Shown: positions 62,043 through 64,000 of the stretch, in pieces
Position numbering within the stretch: the stretch's first letter is position 1
Layout of the letters: each line of letters starts with the position of its first letter
Source of the DNA: a virus
Virus record (IMG/VR): IMGVR_UViG_3300033485_000001
Location: 96,001-160,000 of that record
Length of the DNA: 64,000 bases
Reading direction: 5' to 3' (one strand)
Program-made: the position numbers and the translations under genes
The notes under the pieces: generated by a model
The model's input: the letters and a program-made list of their open reading frames with translations, nothing else
Databases searched by the model: none
What the model was told of the DNA's origin: nothing

Positions 62043-62921
62043 ATGCTGGCGCTCGCGGAGAGGAGGGCCATCCTCCAGAAGATCGCTGCCGAGCAGGCTG
62101 CTGCGAAGAAGCCGTCTCGGAACGACCCGATCTACTCTCCAGGCGTGGTTGCTCACGAGGCAGGCCACGCCTGGATGCACAGGCAGCCCGAGAAACCTGG
62201 GGAGGAGAAGTTCGACATCACCGGAACGGCTGAGATGGTTGGAGGACTTCTCCCCCTTGGGGTCTTGGCCGGCAAGCTCTTGACTGGCAAGGGTCCGCCG
62301 TCTGCACGAGAGATGTACGGAGCGATGGCCCTCGGGTTCACCCCCAGGCTCGTGGACGAGTACTCGTCTTCCTTCAAGGGTCACGGCGCCCTAAAGGGGT
62401 CGAAGGCGTTCAAGAAGCCCTTGACCGACGAGGAGGTCAGGCAGGAGCGCAACAAGCTGATCGCTGCCGGATCAACCTACGCAGCAGTCCCCCTAGCTTT
62501 CCTCAGCCAGGGAGAGATGCAGCAGCGAAAAGATCCTCGTTGGATGCTGGGAGCACTCGGAGCCATCGGAATTCAGCTCGGGGGTCTCGCCTACGCTGCC
62601 AAGGCCAAGGGTCCGAAGGTCAACGCTCAGGAGGCGAAGGCTCTGGCGCAAGAGATCGCCCCCGGAGTTCCTGTCTATGCAACGACAGGGACCTTCGCTG
62701 GTGGGTCGGCGTACCTACCTCCCGTGAAGAACAGGGTGATGCGGGCGCTGATGAACCACCAGCTGAAGCCGTACTTCGACGAGAAGGAACGAACGAAGAT
62801 CATCAACGAGGGCGGTATCATGATCGCCCCGATGAGCGGCAAGAATCTAAGCGAAGCCCTCATGTCGTCTATTGGCGGCGGAGGGGGCGGATTGGATGAC
62901 AGGTTCAAGGAAGTCAAGTAG
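62043..62921 (+). CDS. Zn metallopeptidase-like membrane protein (HExxH) with tag variant (AILQKIAAE)
   Basis: VAHEAGHA, downstream LVDEYSSS, hydrophobic segments. Confidence 0.6.
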   Translation: MLALAERRAILQKIAAEQAAAKKPSRNDPIYSPGVVAHEAGHAWMHRQPEKPGEEKFDITGTAEMVGGLLPLGVLAGKLLTGKGPPSAREMYGAMALGFTPRLVDEYSSSFKGHGALKGSKAFKKPLTDEEVRQERNKLIAAGSTYAAVPLAFLSQGEMQQRKDPRWMLGALGAIGIQLGGLAYAAKAKGPKVNAQEAKALAQEIAPGVPVYATTGTFAGGSAYLPPVKNRVMRALMNHQLKPYFDEKERTKIINEGGIMIAPMSGKNLSEALMSSIGGGGGGLDDRFKEVK

Positions 62922-62942
62922 ACTTCCTTGTAGGAGGACATC

Positions 62943-63689
62943 ATGTCGGGACCCTTCTCAGGCTGGAACCCCCTCAACCACTACGTGCAGTCGGGCATGG
63001 TTGACGGTCGGTTCGTTTCGGGTGGGCTCACCCTCATCGCAGCAGGTCCTCCCCGGCTCTCGCAGCTTGGGACGGGATCATCGGGAGCCGCGCTGGCCGC
63101 TGCCGCCCAGTCGGGCGGGAACAGCGACATCGTGTACCCGATCGGGGTGACGCAGAACATCAACCACTCCCAGAACAAGACCTTCATGCGGATCTGGGAG
63201 CTCGGATCGGAGCGCAGCTACTTCATCGGCGGCAGGACCGTCGGACAGCTCGCGCTCTCCCGTGTGTACTACCACGGGGCGTCGCTCCTGCGCGTGCTGT
63301 ACGCCTACTACCAGGACCTCATCGGCGCGGTCCAGGTCCCGTGGGTGTACCCCAACGTGGGCGCGGCGAACATGCCCAACCCGCACGACGTGATCGTGCC
63401 TCCGGGCTACGAGAACCTGTTCCTCAACCTGGCGTCTGACCTGTTCAACCAGCCGATCGGTCTGCTGGTCTACATGCGCGACTCGAACCTCGACACCATC
63501 GGTGCCGTGTACCTCGAGGCGTGCTACATCCCGAACCACACGTGGGCGACCGACGCTCAGGGCACCATCGTGCAGGAGACGGCTGCCATCCAGTACGAGC
63601 GCGTGATCCCCGTCAACGTCTCCGCCGTGTCGCTCATCAGCGGGCTGGCCGAGGCCGTGAGCGGCATCATGGGAGCCGCAGCGGCGTAG
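62943..63689 (+). CDS. Tail tube protein
   Basis: Follows sheath; IGVTQNIN...IWELGS.RSYF..G, YLEACY...H tube-like motifs. Confidence 0.72.
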   Translation: MSGPFSGWNPLNHYVQSGMVDGRFVSGGLTLIAAGPPRLSQLGTGSSGAALAAAAQSGGNSDIVYPIGVTQNINHSQNKTFMRIWELGSERSYFIGGRTVGQLALSRVYYHGASLLRVLYAYYQDLIGAVQVPWVYPNVGAANMPNPHDVIVPPGYENLFLNLASDLFNQPIGLLVYMRDSNLDTIGAVYLEACYIPNHTWATDAQGTIVQETAAIQYERVIPVNVSAVSLISGLAEAVSGIMGAAAA

Positions 63690-63690
63690 C

Positions 63691-64000
63691 ATGGCCGTCT
63701 ACTCCTCCAGAGCTGAGTGGCTCGAGGCCCAGTCCCGGAGCCACTTCCACAAGCTGGGCTCCCTCACGGTGAAGACCGCCGACGTCTACTTCATGGGCAA
63801 GTTCGCAGCTCGTGCCCAGATGGAGAAGGTGGGCATCAACGCCGTCAGCACGGCCAAGGCGGTCGGGGCGGCGGGCAAGTCCGAAGGTACGATCAGTCGA
63901 ATCTTCGGTGCGATCAGACGGAAGACGCCAGCTCCAACTGGCGCGATTCCTCCTGCTCCGAAGCCGGGTCCTGGGACGCAGTTCATCCCAGGTCCGAAGA
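63691..64000 (+). CDS. Partial hypothetical protein (runs off window)
   Basis: ATG 63691, open to the end; VKTAD, EKVG. Confidence 0.55.
   Translation, partial: MAVYSSRAEWLEAQSRSHFHKLGSLTVKTADVYFMGKFAARAQMEKVGINAVSTAKAVGAAGKSEGTISRIFGAIRRKTPAPTGAIPPAPKPGPGTQFIPGPK

Noticed and set aside
1-64000. Stop-codon reassignment or modified-base pathway
   Set aside because: Genes tile well with the standard code and use all three stops; no base-modification enzymes recognised, and an intact UDG argues against uracil DNA.

Overview
A 64-kb segment of a large, GC-rich (roughly 63-65% by eye) myovirus-type phage genome; no integrase, tRNA, rRNA or CRISPR is visible. The minus-strand block at about 1.6-18.2 kb covers replication, recombination and repair: RusA, a Cas4-like nuclease, a PD-(D/E)XK resolvase, RecA, HU, family A DNA polymerase, a Cys-rich SSB, DnaG, DnaB, an Hfq/Sm-like protein, DUF932, family-4 UDG and an SF2 helicase. 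The plus-strand morphogenesis blocks carry portal, a single-polypeptide beta-beta' RNA polymerase (2065 aa), a gpV-like spike, a gpA-type terminase, prohead protease, scaffold-like proteins, major capsid, neck, sheath and tube. Most notable: (1) about a dozen unrelated small ORFs interspersed among the structural genes share a short F-x-D-E-L-x-K-I-A tag, and head-region proteins are full of K-x-A tripeptides, suggesting a capsid-loading and proteolytic-maturation system for cargo (two peptidases, glycine-rich membrane-like proteins); (2) an ORF-free, highly structured ~400-nt region behind a perfect TTGACA-17-TATAAC promoter directly after terminase, a candidate novel large ncRNA; (3) the fused, trimmed RNAP together with a recurrent AA-N18-TATAAG promoter motif; (4) a promoter-and-terminator-bounded ~115-nt sRNA candidate plus an Hfq-like protein; (5) a mini-operon of two 31-aa peptides below the ORF-track cutoff. 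All functional calls rest on motif recognition by eye, not database searches.
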